DNA from: Eledone cirrhosa
Taxonomy: Eukaryota
Reading direction: 5' to 3'
Length of the DNA stretch: 64,000 nt
Assembly: GCA_964016885.1 (NCBI GenBank)
Contig: OZ024740.1
Location: 134,230,001 to 134,294,000, forward strand
Part shown: piece after piece, positions 39,996 through 50,918 of the stretch
Layout of the letters: every line of letters begins with the position of its first letter
Position numbering within the stretch: position 1 is the stretch's first letter
Notes under the pieces: model-generated
Databases searched by the model: none
What the model saw: the letters and a program-made list of their open reading frames with translations, nothing else
Told to the model about the DNA's origin: nothing
Program-made: the position numbers and the translations under genes

Positions 39996-41913
39996 CGATA
40001 TATCGCTCAAAAGTCCTCCGGTACAGACTGGTCAGTTCGACTTCGTCGAGGCCCAAAGCTTCTCCGAGTGCGTCATCGCACTTGCCCACAACTAATCCTC
40101 TATAGAACTCGAGAGTGGAAGTTCCACTGATCGCATTGCCCGCTTGGTAGAGGGCAGTGAGTGCCTGGCAACATTCCAGGTGCCAGTCACCCAGTCTCGG
40201 TCTCTTCTTGACCCAGGACTGCAGCTCAGTCAGAGAAATGAGCTGCGGAAAGGCCCGTCTGATAAACGGCGACCACACCTGTTCACCGTTGAGGCAGAAT
40301 ATCTGGAGATGTCGCAGCCTCAACGCGTGTCTGCGCATCATTAGCCACGGCATGCCCAGCCCTCCGCGTAGAGGGTGCTGGCAGCAGATGCACCGCCTCA
40401 CCAACGGAACTTGTCCCCTCCACAAGAATTTGAAGAGGAGCCGTTCCAGCTTGACAAGGCGCGGACGGGGGCAAGGCACGACGGTCAGGCGGTAGTAGAT
40501 GACGGAGGCGATGTACGCATTCGCCACCTCCGCGCGACCTCTCAGTGATAGCTTCATCCCAGCCCATTTTTGGGTGAGACTGGCTACTCTGCTCGTTACG
40601 TCGTCCCAATTCTTTTCCACCTGGAGGTCTGGTCCGAACCAAACACCGAGCAACTTTACCGGTCCGTCCGTCCAGCGCCCCACGACGCTGTTGGACGGCA
40701 TGGGCTTGCCTCTCCAGGTTCCGAGCTGCAATCCCACAGACTTTTCCGGGTTAAGTTTGGCTCCTGTCAACCTTTCATATTCCTTCAATAAGGTGCCGAC
40801 CACCTCGATTTCTGAGGTGTTCGACACCATTACGGTGATGTCGTCCGCATAAGCCGACACCGCCTTCCCACGTCCCGGTTCGAGCGGGATGCCCTGCAAC
40901 AGCTCCAGCTTCTGCAGTAAAGGCTCGAAAGTCAATACGTACAGAAGGGAAGAGAGAGAGCACCCTTGACGTACCGATCGGGAGAGCCGAAATGGTTCAG
41001 AGAGGTGGCCATTAACCTTCACCACCGAGCATGTGTCGCTGTGCATTGCAACGATCCAGCTTCTAAAGACAGGGCCGAAGCCAGCTGCTTTGAGGACAAA
41101 CTCCAGATACCGATGGTCGACCCTATCGAATGCTTTCAATTGATCTAAATTGATCAGTGCCCTACCGAAGCCAGGTTTACACCCTACCCTCTCTATGATG
41201 TATCGCATGAGGTGGAGATTGTCGTGTATGGACCTGGCTGGGATTGCGCAAGTTTGCGCCTCCCCAACCAAATCCTCGACGACAAGCGCCAATCTCTTTG
41301 CTAACACCTTGGCCAAAATCTTAAACTCTGTGTTGAGCAGAGTTATGGACCTGAAGTTGTCTAATGTATCCCTCTTGTTCTCGTCTTTCCTTATCAGCGT
41401 CACCACTCCCCTGCTCACAGAACTGGGAATACTCCCATTCTGCTGCCAGTTGCAGTAGAGTGCTTCGAGGAGTTCGGAGAACAAGTCTGGCATATTTACG
41501 TAAAGCTCGTAGGGCAGGCCATCCAAACCGGGTGACTTGCGCCTCATGCAGCCGACAAGGGCGTCCTGAATTTCGGCTGAAGTAATCGGCCTTTCGCAGC
41601 GCTCAACGTCGACCGTCGAGATGCGCGGCAAGCCGTCAAGGTAGGGACTGAAATCCGCTACTCTCTCTGACTCGCCACTCTCTCTGAACAACCGAGCAAA
41701 GTGCTGGCGAAAGGCCTCACACATCCGCTTGGAATCGCTTATCTCGTGTCCGTCTCGGTCCGCCAAAGACCGAATTATGGTTTTATTACCACGCTGCGCC
41801 TCCGCCACGCGGGCCCATCGAACAGCTTTAGTTCCCTCGTTTCTCAGCGCACGCGTCTTAGTTCTGACAATGCAACCTTCGTGTTTGGCATTGAAGAAAT
41901 GGTCTAATGCCAT
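38341..41913 (-). CDS. Chimeric 1190-aa ORF: Tx1 reverse transcriptase fused to Penelope RT C-half and GIY-YIG endonuclease
   Basis: Stop-free in the ORF track (38341-42048); first ATG at 41913. KSPGLDG, DQLKAFDRV, QGCSLS and YADD, then YRDD and YIG motifs. Expression unknown. Confidence 0.6.
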   Translation of the reverse strand: MALDHFFNAKHEGCIVRTKTRALRNEGTKAVRWARVAEAQRGNKTIIRSLADRDGHEISDSKRMCEAFRQHFARLFRESGESERVADFSPYLDGLPRISTVDVERCERPITSAEIQDALVGCMRRKSPGLDGLPYELYVNMPDLFSELLEALYCNWQQNGSIPSSVSRGVVTLIRKDENKRDTLDNFRSITLLNTEFKILAKVLAKRLALVVEDLVGEAQTCAIPARSIHDNLHLMRYIIERVGCKPGFGRALINLDQLKAFDRVDHRYLEFVLKAAGFGPVFRSWIVAMHSDTCSVVKVNGHLSEPFRLSRSVRQGCSLSSLLYVLTFEPLLQKLELLQGIPLEPGRGKAVSAYADDITVMVSNTSEIEVVGTLLKEYERLTGAKLNPEKSVGLQLGTWRGKPMPSNSVVGRWTDGPVKLLGVWFGPDLQVEKNWDDVTSRVASLTQKWAGMKLSLRGRAEVANAYIASVIYYRLTVVPCPRPRLVKLERLLFKFLWRGQVPLVRRCICCQHPLRGGLGMPWLMMRRHALRLRHLQIFCLNGEQVWSPFIRRAFPQLISLTELQSWVKKRPRLGDWHLECCQALTALYQAGNAISGTSTLEFYRGLVVGKCDDALGEALGLDEVELTSLYRRTFERYIVYRDDALFTVYDHSTNMLEGMRRRIRHFFKNQGLSIKLDPNRKVVNFLDTTLNLNTEQYYPYHKPNEKLVYVNAKLNHPRSITKAVVKSVSDRISSLSASKEIFDNNAEYYNAALKKAAHGQNITYSPKRRHGDSPTDTNSCAAPGGGGGGGGGRTNPNNTGRAETNRHHVPDTTTRAVVTSTLNHEMKHNMSRSLRGDANHPRTDDPNRRTRRGAGNGGPPHDRSPSAGNDHPTDSGREDNKKHSAQRGSNSAGTTSNPTNLQQITTPPNHTYRRRHRKITWYNPPYSAALKNSLARSFFGALDKCFPRDHRYHRIFNRHTVKLSYSTTRNLAQHIASINRSRLKNHTQPEDGNTSTQQNHVKRGKGGGTQSPPKKPKQTWGPPTVPGEDHHVTHNENPNLGTQRSTTFCNCRNPESCPLGNECLKKNLVYGCRVKTPNSKHLYIGATSTSFKDRWYNHRHSFNKEAKRKSTALSDLIWKLKLDRTPYSLAWYIIRKVPRDKGGSCICKLCLNETLEILRGGTGLINLRTDFFGTCRDLRAGTFLKIYGQ

Positions 41914-41917
41914 TCTC
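40006..41917 (-). mobile_element. Tx1-clade LINE internal fragment (linker, RT, thumb); no APE and no 3' end
   Basis: Collinear with ORF2 at 56163-59573 from ALDHFFNAKHEG to RRTF; (TTA)n at its 5' junction (41920-41945). Confidence 0.95.
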
Positions 41918-42071
41918 ACAATAATAATAATAGTAATAATAATAAATTTGAAGACTAAAATCCAAAGAGGGCTCGATAAGGATAAATATATATCAGATAT
42001 ATAAGAACGGTAGAGCAAATATTTATTAAAATAACAGATTTTAATCAAACAAACTTTAATCTGTTATTTTA

Positions 42072-42131
<60 letters not shown>

Positions 42132-43349
42132 GGTGGTGTATAAATTTAGTATTCTTTTCGCTACTTGTTTATTGCTTCTTCTCTTGTCATTGTTTTTGTT
42201 ATAGATGTTATCTTTGTTTTTGTTGTTGTTTATAATCATTAAAGTATTTTTCTCTTACAACCTTTAACATGATACTATTGATTTCTCTATTTCATATTTG
42301 TTATCTTCTCTCTCTCTATCTATCTTTCTATCTCTATCTTTAGTTCTCATACAAACTCCCACACCCTCTCTCCCACTCTCTCACTATCTCTCACTCTGTC
42401 TTTCTCTTAATCTCTCCCACTCTCTTACTCTCCCACTCTCTCTCTCACTCACTCTCTGTCTTTCTCACTTTTCCCTCTCTCTCCCTTCAGCTCTCTTAGA
42501 GACACCAATGCTCTCCCTCTCCCTCCCTCTATATTTTTCTCTCCACCTGTCTCTCTCTCTCACTCTCTCCTACTTTCTCACTCTCTCTTTCTCCCACTCT
42601 CTTACTCTCTCCCACTCTCTCCCACTCTCATTCTCTCTCTCTCTCTCTCTCAGTCTTTCTCACTTTTTCCCTCTCTCCCTTCAACTCTCTTAGAGACACC
42701 AATGCTCTCCCTCTCCCTCCCTCTATATCTTTTCTCTCTCTCTCTTTTTCCTTCTCCCTCCTCTACACAGTACGTATCACTCTCCTATTATTCCTTTTTT
42801 CTTACTTTCTTTCTTTCCTTCTTTCAATAGTTTTCGATATCACTTGATCCGAAGATAACGAAGTTGCGACGACAACGGAAGAATTTTGGTAGATTTCTAA
42901 AAGTTCTTGAGAAAAAAGACAAGTATGTGAAGTTAAGTTAAAGAAAATGAAGCCAACTTCTTTGCGAATATGAATGCTTACAAGAATGATGGTTTAATCA
43001 GCGTAAAAACAAAATAAAGGAAAAAGTAAGAAGAAAATAAGTTTCTTTCATACGTTCTGAACTCTATACACACAACAGGGTAATCAATGTAATCGATAAA
43101 ACATGTTTTGGGAAAAACCTGTGCTTCGTCCAATTTCTATATTAAAGGTAGCTGAAAAATCTTCATCATAAAATTAGTATTTAGAGAATTGACATCCGCC
43201 CAGAAGAGATAAAAGAAATGTTCTGTTTTGTTTCCAGCTACTATCATCTAAATAACATGGTCATCCTTCCACCATCAACCACTAAGTATGTTTCGTGTAC
43301 ACACATAATCTTGATATAAGTGTTGAGAGAATTATAGTTGGGTGTGTAG

Positions 43350-43450
43350 ACGCAGACATAGCTTAATGATTAAGAAGTTTATTTCCCAATTATAATGTCC
43401 CAGGTTCGATCTCATTGTGTGTTATCTTCAGCAAATGTCTGTACCATAGC
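43350..43450 (+). mobile_element. tRNA/CORE-type SINE 5' fragment
   Basis: A-box-like tagcttaatg, B-box ggttcgatc, CORE-like cttcagcaaatgtct. Confidence 0.5.
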
Positions 43451-44589
43451 GTTGAGTATAATCCAATAAAGCAAAACTGGTGCATCACAGAGGTGCACCG
43501 AAAAATTCCTATCAAAATCTATCGCATGTTACGACACAAACACCTAGCATTTCATGTGAGCACTTCTACTTCATCTTACTTTTCTAAGTTCATCTCTTAC
43601 CTCTTGTCACTGGAATAATGGTGAGATCATAGGACTGGGACTTATTAAAACATTCAAGAGACCTCCTATGAGATGCAACTTCATAATAGGTTGACTAAGT
43701 CTACACAGATCTGAGCTATTACAACAGGTGTTCGTTTCTTGGACGATTTTCTTTTTGTCTTTGTGCATTGTTTTAGCTACGTTTATTTTCAGTGTGAGAT
43801 GCAATGACTGATGTTCAATAAACAGAATATTTTAACCAGACAAAGTAAAAATGAGATGTGTCTTTAAAAAAATATTACTATTTAAACTCTGTCTGGAAAA
43901 ACTTCTCAAACTCTTCGAATTTGATTGTGTTAGCATCCGTTAAAAGAAACATATCTAACCATGCCAAATATATCTACGGGTGATTTTACTGTAAATGTTG
44001 CGATCCTCAAGTGGACTAAGCTGATATTGATGGAATTGGCTGCAGAACAAGAAGGCGTTACATCAAAAAGGTAGCGTAAATTGACCGTAAATGAAACGCT
44101 GAGTTGGGGGAAGAGAGGTAATAAGTGGTACAGACTGTATAGAAAATAACAGATGAACCAATAACTACCACATGATAAATAGTAACAAAAATATTCTATA
44201 GTATATCTCAGCGAGTCTGTGGATAAAAGAGAAGCGGTGGTTGAAAATAGATTGTATTGCCAATCCCCGTAGTGAGCTAAAAGATGAAACTAAAGCACTG
44301 CTGATCTTACCCCAACACCAGACTTTGAGTACTGAGTCGATGAATAAACGGATATATCATTTTGGTTGAAAATTTGTAATGCTGTCTGTATAAAATTGAT
44401 ACAGAAAGTGTCATCCACATCGTACGTGCGTGCAAAATACGAAGCACAACAGAGTGTAAAAGAAGACTTGGCAAGATTTGTATGTATCTTCACTGGTCAA
44501 TGTTCAAAGGATAATAACTGCAGGTGTCTGATGTGTAGTACCAGCATGTCCCAGAAAATGTGCTTAATGAAAAATACAAATCTAAGATA

Positions 44590-44745
44590 CTCAGTGCTAC
44601 ACTGGTGCTTTATTTAACCGACTCTATAAGGATGAAAGGCAAAGCTAATCTCGGCGATATTTGAACTCAGACAGTAAAGGTCCGTAATTCTATGCTGCAA
44701 AGCATGGTATCCGATGCTCTACCGATACTGCCAGTTCACTGCCTT
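44590..44745 (-). mobile_element. Meta-like SINE
   Basis: aaggatgaaaggcaaag..ctcggcg.atttgaactcag...ctctaccgatactgccagttcactgcc. Confidence 0.8.
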
Positions 44746-45944
44746 AATAGTAGTAATTATAATAAGAGTTATGTGTTATATTCATATGATGATAATGATT
44801 AAGAGGAGGATTCATATTAGCACAATGTCACACATTTCAAAGTATTTGGGTTCAATAATTCAATCCTAACCTCATATTACAAATTAAATATACGTCAGAT
44901 TTTGATCCTTGCTCTTTATACGACTACCAACGGTTTTGTGGGAGGACTATATATGTTTCCAATAAACAGAAGGTAACATATTCTTGTAAGAATTATAGAT
45001 GGAGTATTATAACTTCTATGTCTTTTACAATTATATTATCAGTGTAAGTAAAATTAAATGGCTGTCATTGAGGAATCGAAACCATGTCTCAGTATTTATT
45101 CACCAGTAGTTTACCTCATATCTCTTCCAGTGATCGCTTCCTCCTGAAATTATTTGATGATTTAGAGTGTCATAGATTGCTTCGTCTTCATATCCTGTGA
45201 TGTTAGAATTTTTCAAATATGAATAACTGGTTTGCAATATAACGCAATAGATCAAAGAAAACGAATAAAAGTAACTAGATTAAAATATTCCCGGATTTCC
45301 ACTGAAGTAGAATGAATGTCATGCCAAATAGAACTATAAAATTTCATTCATCCTAACTAGTGTATGAATGGTATGCTAAGAATTTGGAATCGGGATAGAA
45401 ATTCAATGAAATTTTGGTGTTTGCCTTATAATCAGTATACAATTGATGACCACTGATCTTGTTGGGAGACGATCATGAGTGCAGGACACTTCCGGGGAAC
45501 TGGCAGTAGAGCTTGCTAATTCGTTCTTTGATGAAGATCAACAACAAAAAGAATAACAACAATGAGACTACTAAAACTTATATTAAGCAAAATTTTCTCA
45601 CATTATTTTGAGAGTTGCGTTATCGTCCGTGGCTAAGATATTTAATTCTTAGTGAGGCGACGATCTGGCGATTGGAAAGCATGCAGACGACTTTCAAGTA
45701 TTTGTGACAAAACATTTCTATCACAGAATGCATTCTAATGTGACGTCAGAGGACGTCCCTAGATTGTTACATTTTGTTAACTTGTGCAGTGCTTTTACAT
45801 TTTGTGAAAAGTGTGCAGTGATTAAAACTGCAATTTCTGTACATTGTGCATATTTGTAAACGCTGGGTGGGGGGGTGTATATTTCATTATTCATAATTCA
45901 TATATTATAGGGATTGTTTCTGTTTCCATCGCCCGGTTTGTTTC

Positions 45945-46040
45945 TATCGGTAAAGGGTCGGAGGACATGCTTTGCAGCATGGAGTTACGGCCCTTTATAA
46001 CCTGAGTTCAAATCCCGCCGAGATTAACTTTGCCTTTCAC
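45945..46040 (+). mobile_element. Meta-like SINE 5' part
   Basis: tatcggta.agggtcgga...gagttcaaatcccgccgag.ttaactttgcctttca. Confidence 0.8.
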
Positions 46041-46071
46041 CCTTACGTGGTCGATCAAATTTTACATTGTC

Positions 46072-46163
46072 TTTCAGTATGTTACGGTTATGCCAAGGGT
46101 CTTCAGTATGTTACCGTTATGCCAAGGGTCTTCAGTATGTTACCGTTATGCCAAGGGTCTTCC
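46072..46163. repeat. 29-bp tandem repeat x3 (cttcagtatgttaccgttatgccaagggt)
   Basis: Direct reading. Confidence 0.9.
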
Positions 46164-46324
46164 TGACACCTAGGGCAAATAAACTCACTGTATGTATTGG
46201 TAAGCCAGTTAACACACCACACTGATTATAATTTACAGCTTAAAAAAGCAAAAAAAAAAACGAACAAAAAAAGAAACATCATGTTGTCAACAAGAAACAC
46301 ACGCACCAGTTGCTTTCACAATCA

Positions 46325-49300
46325 GGAAAGATAGATCCGTGCCACCCATACCCACGCCACGGAAATCAAGAACAGCAGCAGCAGTGTAAGTATCAACAAC
46401 AACAAAAGTAATACAACTGCAGCTGCAACAGAGACTTCACTGCAACCATCACCAACAAGAACAAGTGAAAGAGTGGAGCTGGTACCCCTCCCCGACCTCA
46501 CAGAATCGGACATGGAGTGTGAGGTGGGATAGGGATGGCAAAAGGTCGCAAGAAGGCACAAACGCAGAAGCAGCACATCGTCGCCTTCAAAAAGGGAGGG
46601 AGGAGATGAAAAAAGGGTGAATGTTACTGCAAAGAGACTTACAGCAGCAACACCACCAACAGAATCACCACCCACACTAGGACTACCATCACCACCGACG
46701 GCAACCCCACCGCCAACAACAACAACACCTTCAACAACACCACCACAAGCACCAACATCGCAAACACAACAACAAAACACACGCACCCAGCAAGAACGAC
46801 AGGAAAACAGCAAAACCACACCCCACCCCAAAATAAGAAATGCACAGCAATAAATACGCAACAAGAAACTAATGACTTACATAATTGAACACACAGACAT
46901 TTCACAGCACGACTACATAATACCAGCACCAATCAAAACACCAACGAACTTAAGACTGGTAAGAATATCACAGAATGAATACACTAACACTAAAATGAAA
47001 TTCCCCAACGCAGTTGGTGATTCCAGAGATCTAGGAGGGACACTCAACCGGAGAGTGTACTCGGATAAACTCACAGAAGAGCCGACGACCAGCCGAAGGG
47101 ACGGTTCAACGGTCCCTTCACCAGACGATCAAGGTAAGTGATCCTTTCTCACTTGCCCCGTTCCTCACCCAACATGGCCGTATTCAGGATCAGAAGTGTA
47201 AACGTGCGTGGCTTGAGTTCGGTTTGGAAGCAGGGTCACTTCCTTAACGACCTCAAGTCACTAAACATAGATGTGGTAGCCATCAGCGAGACGAGAATTT
47301 CCGAAACGCAAGCTTTCGCACCGATCTTCGACGGTTACGAGGTGTATGCATCTCCGAACCGTCTGGGAGCGGGTGGCGGAGTGGCTGTATTGTTTCAGAG
47401 AGGCTTGGGTCTCGCCATACGGACCATATTCCTGGACCCAGAAGGTAAGTCGGTGGTACTGGACATGAACGGCACCGAAGGCAACGCTTTCAGACTAGTA
47501 GCCGTCTATGCCCCAACAGAGGCAGGACGGCCAGATTTCTTCAGAAGTCTAGAGACCTTTCTGGGAACGTCCCGCTCTTTAGTGTTAGTGGGCGACTGGA
47601 ACGGTATCTTGGATACACGCTGGGATTGTGTGGGGCTAGTGGATAGGGGAGGAGGGTGCAAGAGCCTCACCAACCTGCTCAGACATTTTGAACTGTCTGA
47701 GAGGTATCGACTGGATCACCCGAATGTGCCAATGTGGACATGGACAAACCGCATCGGGTCATCCAGATCGCATCTAGATAGGGTATTCTGCAGAGAACTA
47801 GATAAGGCTAGTATAGGTTGTCCACAATTTAAAATAGTCGACTACACGGACCACAAATTTGTGATTTGTGAGATCGACATTGACAGACTTCATAGACAAG
47901 GACCCGGTTACTGGAAGCTGAACGCGTCTTACCCGGCGCTCAAAGCCTACAGAGACCGGATTAGCTTATTAGTTAAGCGGGCGTTGACGGGAGCGGTCGT
48001 CAACAACGGGTGGTGGTTGGCCCTGAAAAGGGCAAGTAAAATAGAGTCGATTAGGTTTAGCAAAGGAGTAGCGATAGAGGAAAATAGAGTAGAGGGAGAG
48101 CTAGTCAGAAAGCTAGAAGAGGCGTTTAGGACAGGCATCGCAACTGACGTGCTTGCAGAGAGATTGGCACTCGACCAATTCTTCAACGCAAAACACTAAG
48201 GCTGCGTTGTCAGAGCTAGAGCGCGTGCTCTGAAACACGAGGGGACGAAAGCCGTCCAATGGGCCCGGGTGGCAGAGGCGCGACGTGGCAACAAAGCCAC
48301 AATTTGGTCTTTGTCTGACCAAAACGGGCGCGTGTTGCTCAAACCCGAGCAGATGTGTGAGGCTTCTCAGCAGCACTTTGCTGAACTGTTCGAGTGCAAC
48401 GGCGGGTCGGATTGGGGTATGGACTTCAGTGCATACCTCGACGGACTGCCTCAGCTCTCGACGACCACAGACAGTGTTGCGAAAAGCCAATAACAGCCGG
48501 TGAAATACGGGAAGCGATGTCTAACTGCACGAGGTGTATATCGCCAGGTTTGGATGGTCTGCCCTACGAGCTTTATGCATTTATGCCAGACTTGTTCGGT
48601 GACGTCTTTTCAGACGTCTACTGCAACTAGCAGCATAACGGGAGCATTGCCAGTTTTGTGAGCCGGGGAGCGGTGGCGCTGCTGAGAAAAGACCCGAACA
48701 TGGGAGATGTTATCGATAACTTCAGGCCCATAACTCTGCTAAACGCAGAGTTCAAGATTTTGGCCAAGTTGTTACCAACGAGGTTGGCGTTTGTCGTTGA
48801 GGATCTGGTGGGAGAGGCGCAGATATGCGCCATTCCGGACAGATCCATACACGACAACCTCCACCTCATGAAATACATCGTAGAGAGGGTGGTTAAGGAA
48901 CCTGGCACGGGTGGGGCTCTGATCAACTTGGATCAATCCAAAGCTTTCGATAGGGTCGACCATCGGTACCTGGCGGCGGTCCTCGAGGCAGCCGGTTTCG
49001 AGCCCGTTTTCAGGGGTTGGATCGCTGCGATGTACAGCGACATCTTCTGGGTTGTGAGGGTGAACGGTCACATGTCGCAGCCGTTCAGCATCATGCACTC
49101 GGTCCGCCAGGGTTGTCCCCTCTCGTCCCTCTTGTACGTATTGGCTCTCGAGCCGTTACTGCACGAACTGGGGGCGATGAGGTGCGTCCAACGCGAACTG
49201 GGATGCGTGAAATCCGAGTCGGCTTATTCCGACGACGTCACCGTGGTGGTGTTGAGCAGCAGACACATCCAGATGCTCGGCACCGCTCTCAAGGAATACG

Positions 49301-50918
49301 AAGCGGTATCAGGAGCAAAGATAAGATAAACCAGGAAAAGTCGGTGGGCTTGCAGCTCGGCACCTGGAGAGGCAAGTCCATGCCATCTGACAGCGTCGTG
49401 GGGCGTTGGACGGACGGACCGGTTAAATTGCTCGGGGTCTGGTTCAGACCGGACCTCCAGATGGAGAAAAACTGGAGCTAGGTGACAAGCAGAGTGGCCT
49501 CCTTCACCCAGAAATGGGCCGAGAGGAAGCTGTCCCTGAAAGGCCGGGCGGAGGTGGCGAATGCGTACATCGCATCCGTCATCTGCTACCGCCTCACCCT
49601 CGTCCCTTGCCCCGGACCAACTCTCAATAAACGGAGCGCCTCCTCTTCCTCTTTTTGTGGAAGGGCCGCGCTCCCATGGTCTGACGATCCATCTGCTGTA
49701 AACACCCGTTGGGTGGAGGGCTGGGGAATGCCATGGCTGATAATGCGCAAACATGCGCTGAGGCTGCGACATCTCTGGTGCTTCCTTGACGGTGAACAGG
49801 TGTGGTCGCCGTTCGCCAGGCACGTTTTCCCACAGCTCGTCTCCTTGACGGAGCTGCAATCCTGGGTCAGGAAAAGACCGAGAGATAGCGCTTGGAAACT
49901 GGAATGTCTCCAGGCACTCACCGCCCTCTGCCAGTTGGGCACCAGTATCGGTGGAACATCCACCTCGGCGTTATATAGAGGAATAGTGGAAGGGAAGAGC
50001 GACGACGTTCTCGGAGAGATCCTGGGCGTCGAAAAAGGGCAGCTGTTTGCTCTCTTGCGGAGAACTTTCAGCCCAGTGCCTATGGATAACTTACAGAAAT
50101 CCCTGGCCTGGCAGTGCTACCGGGGAGCGTTGCCGGTTCGAGATAAGCTCTACAGACACGGAAGTGCCGTCAACCGAACCTGTTCGAGATGCGCGCAGAG
50201 CGACGAAACCGTCGTGCACGCACTCGTTCAGTGCCCGAGCATTGCTGACTTGTGGAGCTATGTCGAACAGTTGCTGTCGCGTGTAGGACTGATCCGGTTA
50301 TCGACTGAGTCCATTGTGCAGATGGTCTCACCGTCTTCCTTCGAGGAGGAGGGGCAGGCGGTTTTCATCTGCCTGGTGACCATGGCGAAAGAGATTGTGT
50401 GGTGGACAAAGTTGAAAGGGTTAAAGACAGACACTTTCCTCTTCGGCGAATCCCTGATTAACTTTTTCAAGTTTCACTTGAAGAGGAAAATCAGGGTGGA
50501 GAGGCAGGTGCTGCCTTCTAGCAAGTTTGTTGAAAGGTGGGTGAATGTAGCGAGAATGGTCCGAGTAAACGGGACCGCTCTGAATATACGCTTGTAGTTT
50601 GAGGAATGGAAAAATTCAGAGAGGGCGCTTGCCCTGGTGGTCAGGGTGGCCGTGGTCTTTTGTGTGGTTTTAGCTACGAATAATCCTCGGAGTTTTCCCC
50701 CCTATTGGGGAATTTTTTCATCGTTTGAATGTTCATTTTTATTGTTTATATGTCTTTTTTCTTTTTCGTTTCATATATAAACAATTAAAAAATCTTTACA
50801 CGCACAAAACCCACATCGTACCGTCCTGTACCGTCCTGTGCCGTCTGTAATGTTTTTCTTGATGTCAGCCCTTGTGGCCAATAAAGAAATCACCAATATT
50901 ATTATTATTATTATTATT
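46325..50918 (+). mobile_element. Tx1-clade LINE copy A: 5'-truncated within ORF1, ORF2 disrupted, (TTA)n tail
   Basis: ORF1 tail homologous to 55480-56128; ORF2 from ATG 47174 to 50597 with stops (48197, 48628, 49479) and frameshifts; YADD changed to YSDD. Confidence 0.95.

Noticed and set aside
41914-42048. N-terminal 45 aa of the 1235-aa ORF as a signal or transmembrane segment
   Set aside because: Non-ATG start in flanking DNA; the Ile run is a translation of (ATT)n.
46072-46163. CRISPR-like 29-bp repeats
   Set aside because: Directly adjacent repeats with no spacers and no cas genes.
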